Shown: positions 12,661 to 25,141 of the stretch, piece by piece
Numbering within the stretch: position 1 is the stretch's first letter
Layout: the number at the start of each line of letters is the position of its first letter
Origin: Octopus vulgaris
Lineage: Eukaryota
Direction: 5' to 3'
Assembly (NCBI GenBank): GCA_951406725.2
Contig: OX597814.1
Span: forward strand, 87,854,001 to 87,918,000
Length of the DNA: 64,000 bases
Program-made: the position numbers and the translations under genes
The notes under the pieces: generated by a model
Databases searched by the model: none
What the model was told of the DNA's origin: nothing
What the model saw: the letters and a program-made list of their open reading frames with translations, nothing else

Positions 12661-14259
12661 AGCGGTCATATTTACTCTGTAACGCAAAAAAGAAGACCAG
12701 AGTGATCATGGTCAAACCTCAGTTACGTAACCAAAGGAGTACCACCTCTTAGCACGGGTGCGCTGAAGGCTGTGCGGCCAGCCTAAAGAAAGTTTTGGCG
12801 AAGGTGCGAATATTCTTTGACTTCTACAAGCATGTATGTATATATATATGCATCACCAGCTACCACTGTTCTAGGATATATATATATATATATATATATG
12901 GTACATATGTATTTTACGTATTTTCTTTCTGTATATTATTTTGTAGCTGCCGAAAACGAAGTTTCATATCATATGTATCTTTATTGTGGTCGATCATACC
13001 TAGTCGATCATAGCACCAAAACTGCTCAACTGATTAGTGGAGAATCTGAATAAAACTATTTTAACTGTTATCACATATCTTTGTTTCTTTTCCTCGAATT
13101 TACAATTCTTTACACTCTCAAATTTCGCATTCATTGTAAGTAATTTCTATTTTCATGTATGATAAATGTCTAACGGATGAAGTTAATTAGTAAACAATAA
13201 TATGAGATGTCGGCTTTGTAATCAGTTTGGAAGGATTGGTTCTTCGTTGATTGCCATTATGTAAAGATGAAAGAACAGTGATTGAAGTTGTGAAGAAAAT
13301 ATTCATTCACCGTTACATCGAATATACCTTGTCTCGACGGGCAGGTGATAAAATCCTTGTGTGCGAAGTAAAAAAAGTTAATTTCGGCCTGTGTGTTCTT
13401 ATTGTAGTACTAAACCATTGAGAGAGATATGGTAAAGTGCAGAGAAGACAAAGTGAGCTAGTGAAAGTGAGAGAGTGTAGGAAGTGTCTTATAGCTGCTG
13501 ACAGTAAATTTCATTTCTCCCTTTGACCATTGTCTTTAGTAGCTACCTTGCTTGTAATCATGATTCTAGCGTTCCGCTCCCAATCTTTTACTCGAGTTGT
13601 CATTCATTAACTGAGTAGTTGTCATGAGCCGACTGAGTAATCACCAACTCATTAACTGATTCTTACTTGGGGGTTCTTGTTTTTATAACTATCAAGAAGG
13701 ATAGACATATCGTTGAGAACAATAGATTTCGTTGGTGGTACTTGTTATCTTAATTCTAGCTTTTGGTGGATTAGAAGAGGTTAGAAGGGTCAAGTGGTGA
13801 AGACATTATTTCGGCCTTGCTAAAGCATCTGGCAAATTTAAACTGCCACAGAAAAACTGTTGTTCTACCGTGAGGAAATTTCTGTTGAAGTATTAATTTA
13901 AATTTGGCTATGGTGGATCGAATCCATTTCATGCCTGCAAGATCCACTACAAATGCAAGTGCTTCTCTAACTTTTAAACTATCAACCTCTTTCTTTTACC
14001 AACATTGTGATAGAAACCAGTGACATCCTATAATTTCTTCTTAACGTTGTATATAAAATAACCAAATGCATAGAACATACCTCCGTTTAGTATAACATGA
14101 AAACCGGACGTATATTTTATATAAGATGAAAATAATCACAGTTATAGAAAAACATACGAGTCATTAATGCTGGAAATGGGATTCGTGAATAGTTTTTTTA
14201 CTATTTCACCGAACATGTTCATGTTGATATGAGAATTAATCATCGCTAGTTTCACATTA

Positions 14260-14432
14260 TCACCTAGGACTCTTCTTGGCGGGTATCCATCGCTCTTCTA
14301 CTGCCTGTGTATGGATGCTGTCATCATTTGGATCAACCTACTATACTCAACTTCATGAGTATAGTAGTTACTGAGGCCATCATAAGAAGCCCACTCATTG
14401 GATACCAAAAGTGTTTTGTGAAATTTGGGCAC
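14260..14432 (-). mobile_element. Merlin/IS1016-like transposase fragment
   Basis: TLLVSNEWASYDGLSNYYTHEV...VDPNDDSIHTQAVEERW matches the Merlin SDxWxxY...H...VDP...HTQxxE..W pattern. Confidence 0.65.
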
Positions 14433-15318
14433 GTTACTGTCGTCACTTCCGGTTTATGTCGCAATTTACTTTTATTTTTTAGGATAGTTTACTTTCACTT
14501 TTTGACGACGGTAAACTGAATTTTAACCCACTTCTCAGCTCTCTCTTCCTACAATTCAACATAATTAAATGCACTTCAAAAAATTGTTGCCGATAGTTTG
14601 ATCATTATTAAAAGACTTCTTGGAATATCATAACAACATTTCAACCATTAATATTACTACTAGCTGATACGCACACAAAATAAAAATTGAAAATATTTTT
14701 GAAAATTAAAAGCTATGTCTATAGACTTCCTTCATTCTCCCTTCGTCCTCAGTACTCACATGAAATTTAAAAAAAACCCTGGTGGCGATACAGTCCACTT
14801 TGAAAAGCACTGAAATATGTCTTCTACCATACTTAGGGGTATGCATAAACAGTATTCGGGAATTACACAAAGGTGTATCTTAGGAGCAATTTTAGATGTA
14901 CATAGAAAACCCACACAAAGTGAATGTAATTGTATTAAAAATAGGAGATAAATAACCATATTATAGAACGTGAAACAGAAAGAGCTTCTGGTTAATTTGA
15001 GAAGAAAAGAGAGAACATATGGCTGCATTAAGACCACTAGTAGGATGGCTGGTGACATTAATTCGGTTTATGCCCAGTTTATGTTCATTGTAGTTGATAG
15101 GAAAATGTGGAAAATTATATTTGATTGCGATTGGTCCTATTGACTCACGTACCTCTGATGTTCAACTCTACATACATATATTTTTATAACCAATTGATAT
15201 GTATATATATATATGGGGGGGGGGGGATTCACAAAAAAACCCAAAAAGCAAAAGACGAAGACAGATGGTGTAGTCAACAAAAAGATGTATTAGTTTAACG
15301 CTCGGGAAGTGAAAAAGT

Positions 15319-15354
15319 CTTTAATGTTTCGAGCCTACGTTCTTCCACAGAAAG
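15319..15354 (-). ncRNA. Degenerate minimal hammerhead-like motif in a PLE-type repeat (~15215-15420)
   Basis: cttt CTGTGGA a gaac gtag gctc GAAAC att aaag; same layout as 54789-54823 but with core and stem changes. Confidence 0.35.
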
Positions 15355-15420
15355 GAACACAGAAAGAAACAAGGAGAGAAAATAAAGAATGTGTAGTGGC
15401 CATCGATCTTTCATGGGGAA

Positions 15421-15463
<43 letters not shown>

Positions 15464-15639
15464 GTAACACCTGAAATTAATCTGCTAAAATACTAATGAA
15501 ATGTAGGCGGAATCGCAGGTTAAATTAGTTAAGTTCAAGGTTCCATATTTCTTCTGTAATAAATCAAAATAAAAAAATGCATGCAATTTCAGTATTAGAT
15601 TTGTAAGTGCAAATTAAATAGAAATTATTTTCTTATTGG

Positions 15640-17646
15640 CAATGGTGGGCACAGCTAACCAAAAAGTTAGCTTCGCTAACCGCTTATCCACTAATTAAAA
15701 AAAGTTAGCTTCACAAACGCTAAATCGCTAAACAGGTAAAAAAAAAATTATCGGAAGCCATCGCTAACTGGTAACCGCTAACTTTTGCCATATGAATTTA
15801 GCTTCCGTTTGTTTTTTTTTGGCTCTAAACCCCTTAAAAACAGACCTAGAGAGCTGAAATTTTCATGTTGTAGCTTAGACGTAGAGCTTTCCAAAAAGGT
15901 ATAGCTTGCCAAGATCAGATGATGATCAATGTGTACGTAAATAATTAAATGAACAAATGAAAGTAAACATTAGTTTTCAGTCAACATACATTTTATTTAC
16001 TGTACAAAAAGTATTAAACGAATCAAAAAGTTATTGTATAGCCTAGGAATCTTGCCAAGATCAGATGGTGATCTAGGTGTACTACTCTGGCTGGGCCTTC
16101 TCCATCGCCTCGACGTGATGCTGGTTATCCTTTATAAAATCAGCCTCTCAAAGTTACCATCTGTCAGGGTCGCTCTCTTGGTCCTCAAAATATCTTTGTC
16201 TATAGAGAATACGCGCTCAACTGCAGCACTGGATGGGATGGCAGTGTTATACTTGGTGAACAGGTCGATCAAGACCTGCTCACCCAAAAAGGTGACTTCA
16301 GTCAGGACCTCCTTCGAGACGGCCTCTAGCCAGGTCTTCACCAAGTTCTGCGCCTTGAACTTCAGTAACGTGTGGATCCTGCTCTCTCAGAACCGAATGA
16401 TGCTGCTGAAGAAATTATCTTCGTCATCCTGGTGATGCTGCTACCCTCCTCATTGGTCTCCATTAGAGCTGTCTCTATGACGGTCTCCATGGTGATCGTT
16501 ACTCTGCTAACCTGGCTGTTATTATACTGCTCCAGCTAGAACAAGCAAAACTTGGGATGGAAGGCAGCTGTAAGCTGGCATCCCAGGTCTTCTAGGAGGA
16601 GCCCAAACCTTTTCGTGATGTCTGCCAGTATTGCGTCTACCAGAGGAGTGCAGTACAAGAGATGTTTGAACTTGACCTCTTTTAACTTCACGACAGTAGC
16701 CGCTACAGTTGGCAGAAAGCACCCGAGGCCTGGTCCTTCCCCTGGATTTCATCCAAGGCCTTGTGCGTACTCCGTCAGGAAGCCACATCAGAATCAGTGA
16801 AGGTCTGCAGCTTCGGCTGTGTCACCACCCTATGGACAGCTCCCCTATTCTTCTCTAGCAGCTTGTTGAGGGCAATAACAGAGTCATAGGTAGAGTTCCA
16901 TCTGGTACTGTTGGGGACTACCAGCTTCCTCTTCAACGCGTCCAGAATGCTGTCTGCCTCCACCGTGCTGCGGCTCTGCAGATTCCACAGCTGCTGTGCT
17001 TTGGGCATGACCTTCCTGTAGGCCGACTTGAACGAAGCGCTGTCAAGAGCCTTGTCGGCATCTAAGCTGGCTACCAACTTGAAGGTATGGGCTGTGCACT
17101 TCATGTGCACAGGCAGGTTGAGGCTCAGGCCACTGGACTCGTCAAGGACGGCATCAACAGAGATGTACTCAACTTCATCCACATCCTCAGCCTCGGGATC
17201 CACGTCCAGGACCAAATCCACGACGCCCTCCACTTCCGGATCGGTAGCAGCCTCAGGAATGTCTGACAAGAGTTCAACCTCTATGCCAAACTGCATAAAT
17301 GCCTTGACAAAATTTGTATCGTTGTCCGTTGTGGCCCTGGTTACCTTGTTTTGCAGATGGAACTTGTAATGAGTGTCCACTATGGCCTGGACAAGAACAT
17401 CAAAGGTGTGGTGTCCTCTGAGCCGAGAGCGGAGGCAGTCTTGTGCGGGTCTTGGGGTCCAGCCAGTGTGCCATCATCCTCAGGTAGTGTGCCGTCATCC
17501 CCACAACTTGACCTCCTTGTTGTGGGCCGACCAGCAGTCCGTGGTGGTCGCCACCCAGGAGACATCTTTGAACAATCTGTAATTAAAAATGTTAAATTGT
17601 AAAGAGATATAAGTCGTAAAGTTAAGAACTTGAAATTATATATATA
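15640..17646 (-). mobile_element. 3' half of hAT transposon (transposase exon 2 pseudogene + right end)
   Basis: TIR caatggtgggcac at 15640. Motifs TTDCWS, TTDNDTNFVKA, CTAHTFKL, TRWNSTY, LHPKF and the dimerisation motif YNTAIPSSAAVERVFS. Splice acceptor ttttaattacag precedes 17576. Confidence 0.9.
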
Positions 17647-18294
17647 CAAATATGTAAGAAAAAATAATAATCATTGTAATTATAATTAAATTTATGCATT
17701 GTCATTTTCCTCAGTGTGAGGAATTTTTGGAAGATCATCAGAAAAGGTTTGATAAAAGAAAATAAGGGAGGATACAGATGGGGTAATAGGGAAAAATCGA
17801 ATGTTTACAAACAAGTTGTAAAAGGGGGGGGATAATAGTGATAGAGACGAAAGAGAAAAAGAAAGACATATCAATGTGTATGCAAGTCTATATGTGCAGT
17901 AAACAATAACATGAAAATAAAAGTCTAACGGATATGTTTAAAGAAATAATAACAGGTCGAGACGAAGTATAATGTAAACAAGGCCATGTGTGTATAGTAG
18001 AATATAACGCAACATTTTCATTAGAAGAAAAAAACCATAGAGCATTATACGTATACATATTAATATTGAACAACGAAACAAATATATTACAAGAGGCTTA
18101 AAGTTGATAGGCAAGACTATGTTTGAAAAAGATACAATATATAAGTTAAAATGTACATACAAGCAGAGAAAAAACAAAAAGAACTTAACAAAGAAAAAGC
18201 AACGATCACAGACAGGACCAGTCAGTGTACCCAAGAGAGTTACCTTACTCAAAAGCTAGCCCGGGGTAGGGGAGACAGTAAAAAAAGAATCGCC

Positions 18295-18887
18295 CCATGA
18301 GTGGATTCCTCATGTGTTTAAATGTACACTGTATCTTATGACTAATACATAGTCTTTTGGACTAAATTTTTACGTTAGACCACTGGAAATGTAAATTTTA
18401 ATTAATTTCCATTTCCCTTTGATATGATTAAATATTGTAAGTTTTTGGATAATTTTCGGCGAAGGGCTGCGTCTGCGCAGTAGATCTTGAAAAAGTTAGG
18501 ATGTATAAACAAGGGACACGTAGTTTGATCGCCTCGTGTTTATATGTTTAACCCTAGGAGTTCCTGCTGAAGACGATTTCACCTGGCGAGTGTATATGTT
18601 ATTCATTCACTTGCTAAACTAAAATCAGAAACCAACTGGTCCAGGAAACTAGATGGTAAAATGTTTTTATTTTTTCATTTCGTTCCTGTCGAATTTTATC
18701 CCTAATTTTGTGGTTATAAAACCTAACTGTTCTTTCTAGCCTGTTGAATCCCACGAGTGGATTCCTTATGTGTTTAAATGTACACTGTATTTTATGAGTA
18801 ATACATAGTCTTTGAACTAAATTTTTATATGCTAGGCCATTGGAAGTGAAAATTTCTATTAATTTCCATTTCCCTTTGATATGATTA
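18295..18887 (+). mobile_element. PLE pseudo-LTR / retrozyme-like unit with a ~135-bp direct repeat (period ~456 bp)
   Basis: 18295-18430 is repeated at 18751-18887, with a hammerhead motif between the copies. Confidence 0.6.
18561..18647 (+). ncRNA. Type I hammerhead ribozyme
   Basis: ttcctg CTGAAGA [long stem II: gattt/aaatc, tggcgagtg/cacttgcta] GAAA ccaactgGTC caggaa: 6-bp stem I, canonical core, GUC site. Confidence 0.75.
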
Positions 18888-18963
18888 TATATATATATAA
18901 GTATACATACACATACATACATACATACATACACACACAAATACACACATACACACACGCACG

Positions 18964-19010
<47 letters not shown>

Positions 19011-19100
19011 GTATGAAAACATGAGCACAAGTGCATAAACATGCCCACACAAGCACACTTACATACATGCGCACACAGAGAAGACATACATACACATATA
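18888..19100. repeat. (TA)/(TACA)/(CA) microsatellites
   Basis: Directly visible. Confidence 0.9.
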
Positions 19101-19375
19101 CCTAAGAGTATAATAAGAACTAATAAAAAAAAAATATGTTTTGTGTTTATTTATTTCATGTTTACTGAGATACACTTTAAGTTTAAACTGACCTTCCTTA
19201 ACAAATCATTATAACATAATGATATAAATTTTGGGATATATCTGATGTTTCAACCAATATAGACCGATTTGTATATTGTATCATTGAATTATTATATTAA
19301 AAAATGCTTACAAAATAGAAACGTGCTGACTTTTTGTATGGCATAATCCTGCCTTAAAGATATATATACACATAT

Positions 19376-20450
19376 ATTTTTTTTCATCAAACATAAGATT
19401 TATTGCCTTCACAGTGTTTACTGTTTTACAAAATCACTCTAGAAAACTGGACAAAACAGAGAACACAATTGAAAAAATTAAAAAGAAAAAAGAAAGAAAA
19501 ATGAGGAAAAGGAAAAAAAACAATTCACCACCTTGGGTTGAAAAGTTGGGGCGCTGGGAAACCTTTCTAATGGCTATTGAGACACGCCAGCACGCTTGCA
19601 GCGTTGCCGTGGATGATGGCGAGGCTGATGCGCTGGAACAGCCAAGCGCCCCCACGAACCTCACCAGTTACCTCTGCAAGGCGAGTTGCCAGTGAAGACA
19701 GGAATCTCGCAGTTAGTGGTCCGAGCCTACCAAACGTCTCGAACGCCACAGGATGGAAAATGTAGCTGGCCGACATATCGCGGTATTTCAGGAGTTTGTT
19801 CCGCTCGGCCGCAGAAGCTGTGGATCTCGCCCTGATCGCAGCATCCAGGATGTGAGATGAAGCAAAGGAGTCGCTAACTGTGACATCCCTACAAGGCATT
19901 TGCCTGGCGACCCGAGGCACGAGGTGAGGCTGTCAGATCTTTTCCCATCACATCTGGACAATCCAGATGGTTCCATGATGGAGAGGATGTTTGCCCGGGC
20001 CAAGCTCCTCTTGAGTATCAGGTTCAACTCCGTATGACGCGCGAAGCCACCAGCATTCAGGCAGCAAGAAAGGCCATGGACGCCTGTGGAGTCAAGGAGC
20101 CTGTCACAACGACAGATCAAACGTGTGCATATGACAGCTCCCACTCTGAAGGCAATGGAGACACGAAGTTCGTCCAAGTTGAATAGGTCACCAACATTAG
20201 CCACAGAGATGGCATCAATCCAGTCACCTGAGTATTTAGCGCTAGCAGACAGTAAGCGGCACCTTGAAAACAGGTCCGTCTGGATGAAGAGGGAGTCGAA
20301 TGTGGCCTTCGAAGTTATGTCGTCCCAAGCTCTCTAACTCCAACAGTCCTCCACCTTCTCAGGAGCAGACAAACCCAGTTCCCTCCAATGTTGGAGAGCT
20401 TCATCTAACTCCGTTGGAATTGGTTCAGTTCACGTCTTGTTAACAAGCCT
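19376..20450 (-). mobile_element. CRE-like non-LTR retrotransposon 3' portion (zinc knuckle + restriction-like endonuclease) with polyA end
   Basis: ICRCDRLLDSTGVHGLSC...RHTELN...DGKRSD...DVTVSD...KLLKY...PVAFETFG...QRISLAIIHGNA. AATAAA at ~19400 and an A-tail at ~19376-19384 on the minus strand. Confidence 0.8.
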
Positions 20451-20659
20451 CTGGAATCTTTTCCAAATTCTCCTAAGCGAACTTTAGATGTACTAATCTA
20501 ACTAGGCGTACAAACGCGCATGTAAGTTCAGTTTAGATTTTATGAACACCTATTGATCAATACAGTTAGCCAGTTCTGGATAGTTACAGAGTGCTTACAA
20601 AATACCTGCCTGGATTTGTAAATCCCTGCTACTTTGTATTACACACCGCGCGCGCATAC

Positions 20660-20802
20660 AGTTTCGTCTATCAAATCCGCTCACAAGGCTTTGGTGAGGC
20701 CGAAGCTATGGTAGAAGACACTTTGCTCAAGATGCTGCGCAGTGGACTGAACCAAGAACCACTTGGTTGGGAAGCAAGCTTCTTATCACACATCTATGCC
20801 TG
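20660..20802 (-). mobile_element. tRNA-derived SINE head (abundant family, cf. 39841-40215)
   Basis: Matches the family pattern aaatccactcacaaggctttgg...tagtagaagacact...gcagtgggactgaacc. Confidence 0.75.
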
Positions 20803-22294
20803 ATTATACTTCTATAGTTTGGCGTTTCTCTTAAGATTCACCATATATATATGTTAAGTATTATATGTTTGTAAATTAACATATACTTTGTAAATCATGA
20901 ATTTGTTGATACTGACAATAACAAATTAAAATGCAGAAAATGCTTATTATCAAGCCATTCAGTACAAGCGTTAGGGATTACTGTAAAAAAAAAATGCTTC
21001 CTTTGAAATGCATTACTAGATGCGAATCTTAATCACCAGCAATCAGACAATTTTCTATTGTAATTGCTATTCTCTTAGATCAAATAAACAGTTGCAGAAA
21101 AAAAAAGGAAAAAAAATTATAACCTCCATAAATGTGTTAAAGAAAATGATAAACATTGTTGCAAAATATCATTTACTACCTCTACCCTCCGCACAACAAT
21201 TCGTCGAGTCAGCTTCGAGCAAACACGGAAAGCCTATTTCAGCCTTTCTTCTAGTTAGTCACCTGACAATGTCTCTCAGCTGTATAGATGATTGAACAAC
21301 AACAAAAAGCAATCAATAATTAAGCCAGAAGGTTTGTATACACTCGAGCAGAAGCATTATACAGAATAAATCATTGTTACAATTTGAATAGCGTGAGCAG
21401 ACGTCCTTTCAAGGAATTATGAGAGAAAGAAAAATTTAGATTAAAATCAATACAATGCTGATTCTAAACCAATAACTTCCAATCTTTTTTTATGAAAACA
21501 ACACGTATGTTTTTCCCTATACTGCCCCTAGATAATTTCATTTTGTTATCATGTTATCAATGCTCCAGGCTAGTGTTGTAAATATGACAGTCTTGTGTTG
21601 TTTCTGTCTTGGTAATAGTGTTCCACGGCCTTTTTGGATGGAGAAAAAAATGCTTCATACATAATTGCTCATGATTAAACAAAAAGGGGCTTTGAGCTGG
21701 TAGAAACAGTAGAGCGCTTTTCACCACACTAGGATCGATAAAAAAAAATTAGTTTCCGTTGTTTTGTTTAGTTGAAGTCGGCCCTGAGCGAGTAAAATGA
21801 TGATTAAAGATGTTCTAGCGTAGCTATCCCCATCTTTTTTTCTGTAACAGAGTACGATGTCTAACATGTCTTATCATTTTAAAGAAGTAGGGTGTGATTT
21901 GAGGAAGATTTCTACGCTATCTCTACTAGGTTATGAGGCTACCTACAGGCTCCTTCGTTATTTCCGGTAATATTATGAAGCTATTCAATCAGCCGCACCC
22001 AGTGGCACAGCGTGGGTTGTGCTTGGTGTGGGTTGTGCTTGGTCGGCCTCTTTATATAGATGTGTTTTTTTGAAATCGAAAGAAGGTTACGTTTAGGGCG
22101 GCCAATTTGGATATTATACAGGTTGGCCCAAAACTACGCTACACCACTGATTGTACTACTACCATTCAGCTACTAGCCTCGCGTTCAGTCAAAAGAAATA
22201 AATTATTTGTTGCCAATAAACAGTGGTGGGCACGGTTCCGATAATCCACAAACAGCTAATTAGCGAAGCTAACTTTTCGTTTAGCGGATTAGCG

Positions 22295-22866
22295 GGATCT
22301 TTTCATTTTGAAGGCCAGATTTTCCTAGTTAACTAAACAATTTGAAACTTCGTATACTGGTAGAATGTGTCAAAAGAAAACATAACTGTAAACCAAAATG
22401 AAAACAGAATTGTAATTTCTAAGTTTAACGTTGTTTAATAATTCGAATTTTAACCAATGGTATTCTTTGTTTCGACTTCATATCATTTACTGCCTCTCAA
22501 AATATTGTTACTGTGACGTAAACAGCTATTTTGTGATGTAGTTAACGTAAACATGTATATAGCTAAAACGTAAACATCCGCTTATCGTAAACAGCTAAAT
22601 TCGCTTGGCATCATACACAGCTTTTTCAGTTCCCTAGAATTATATTTGAAACAAAATAAAAATTAAAAGATTCATACGCATAAATATCCATCCTTAGATA
22701 TCAGAAAGATTAGAAATGCAACAAAAATTTAAAATACCGGATCTTTACCTTTTGACCTACAGATTTAAAAAATAATTTTTTCTAACTAAACACTTTCAAA
22801 CTTCGTGGAGTATATATAAAATTTGTGTAGATCCTAAATAGCTACACACACATGTATACAAACATA

Positions 22867-22919
<53 letters not shown>

Positions 22920-23942
22920 CTATACACACATATTCTAATGCATATATATTTATAATGTGTGTGTATTATAGATGCATACATTATATATATATAAAAGATG
23001 TTTACATACAATATATATATATGTTATATACATCTACATGTATATGTATGTATGAATATATAAGTACCACAGAATTTGAATCAAACTGTTTTGATCCATA
23101 CATACACACACACATACATACATACATACATACATACATACATACATACATACATACATACATACATACACACACACTAAAATTACATCGTTGGACCAGT
23201 AATTTATTTATGTATTTTTAAGCTGAATCCCTATCCTGCCATTAACCCCTTTCTTATAAAATAGTTGAAGAATCTGGGGTGTAGGAATTGGGCCAGTATT
23301 GGAACTTTTAACTTCTTGCTCTCTATCTTATGATCTCCGAAATTTAAGAATCTTATGTTAACTGGGCTCTTATTATTTACTCTGACTCTGCCACCACCTC
23401 AATGCAAAGACTATCAATATCAGAATCATCTTCACGACCACCACTGAGACATCCTAACATAATCAATGCCACTACTACTATCATCATCATTATCATCATC
23501 ATCCACTGCCGCCACCACCACCACCACCACCACCACCACCACCACCACCACCACCACCACATCTACAAAAACACCAACACCAACACTATAATTGCTGCCA
23601 TCATACACATCCACTGTCACTACTACACCACCACCACCACCACTGCCATGATAACCACATCTACCACAGCTGTTTGCTTACTTCTTACCCACGTTGTTTA
23701 AAATTTTCACAAAATAGCTGTCTACGTCACAGTAACACTATGCAGCTAATAATTTCAGATCAAAACAGACAATACGATTGGTTAAAATTCGCAGATTTAA
23801 ACTACGTTTAAACTTATAAAATACATTTTTCTCCAAAAAACTAGCTGAAATTAATGTTTTCTTTTGACACATTCTACCAGTATACGAAGTTTTAAATTAT
23901 TTAGTTAACTAGAAAAATCTGGCCTTCAAAATGAAAAGATCC
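22295..23942. mobile_element. Non-autonomous element with long TIRs and 8-bp TSD (probably Merlin superfamily), nested in the hAT left end
   Basis: ggatcttttcattttgaaggccaga... and ...tctggccttcaaaatgaaaagatcc, with inverted arms ~230 bp. Perfect TSD gattagcg at 22287-22294 and 23943-23950. Confidence 0.85.
23470..23670. repeat. (CAT)n/(CAC)n trinucleotide repeats
   Basis: Directly visible; the poly-His and poly-Trp ORFs are artefacts. Confidence 0.9.
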
Positions 23943-25055
23943 GATTAGCGTTTTCGTTAACTTTGGAGACCGTTAGCGGACCAATTAGCTTCCGCTGAAT
24001 TTAGTTCTGCTAACAAAATTCACACATTTGTTCCTGTCTGTTGTGAGTGTGTCTCGAAGAGTCCGTCAAGCACGCTATTGGCAGACTACGCGTACACGTG
24101 ACAAGACGTGACTGGTCGACGCAGCAGCTAGCTGACCAACATCGAGCAATATTGCAATTTTGAGTTGTGTTTACTTAAGACGTTGTCACATTACAGTGTC
24201 AACGATAGCAAGTGCACGTTATCGGTTTATCAAGTTATCGCTTATCGTTATGGAAGGTGAAAACGTTTTTGTTCGGCCTGAGGAAGAAAGGCCTGTTGAG
24301 AAGTCTGCAACGGTTGTGGGTGAGGTAGAGGTCGCTCAGGTTGAGAACCAGGAGACTCAGAACCCGTGGCCCCACCTGGAGGACTACTTTGTCCTTACGT
24401 CAAGGGATAAGAGGAACGCCAAAATCCTGTACTTCCGGTGCGTCATATGCCAGCCCAAGGAGACCATCATCAAGGAACAAGCGGCGAGCCTCTACAGCTT
24501 GAGGTCGCATGTCAAGAGAAAACACCCATCGCATACAATCCAGTTTGAGAAGAGGATCAAGGCCGGCTCTTCCCGTGGGAAATAGGCATTCTTCTGGTAG
24601 CAGTACCAGTAGCCAGTCGTTGCAGCCATATGCAAAGAAAACACGCCAGCCCAGCATTGGCGAGACGCTTGCCCAGACTGCTGGCGCTGGCGTCCGTCAG
24701 TCTATGGTGGACAGAAGGATTGTAGACCTGTTTGTCGACCACATGCTACTGCTACATGTAGTGGAGTCCCCCACCTTTGTCAGCTTGATCAAGACGCTGA
24801 ACCCCAGGAATAGGTCGATGTTCAGCCGCACTCTGGGCAGGATGAACTTGGCCAGCCATAAACAGCTGGAAGAGTATCTTACAAGGTATTCATAAATTAA
24901 AATTATACAAGTTTATTAAATTACTAACATGGCGTACTTCATATTGTCTCAATTTAATTCAATTATTTAATTATTTATTAAATAATTATTTTCTTAATTA
25001 ATGTAATAAGATGTATAATAGCTAACTGAAATAAAAGTCATAATAAATAATATAC

Positions 25056-25141
<86 letters not shown>

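Larger units (their letters stand above)
22221..25057 (+). mobile_element. 5' half of hAT transposon (left end, BED-finger exon 1, start of intron)
   Basis: TIR cagtggtgggcac at 22221 with subterminal ttagcg repeats. Exon 24250-24885 reads MEGENV...PWPHLEDYF...CVIC...LRSHVKRKH (BED finger)...VESPTF. Donor gt at 24886. Confidence 0.88.

Noticed and set aside
13260-13900. Non-repetitive-looking stretch checked for host exons (also 2400-2620, 21150-21420, 33330-33690, 53560-54100, 55440-56160)
   Set aside because: Frames are interrupted and show no recognisable host domain. Some show faint LINE-like motifs, too weak to call.
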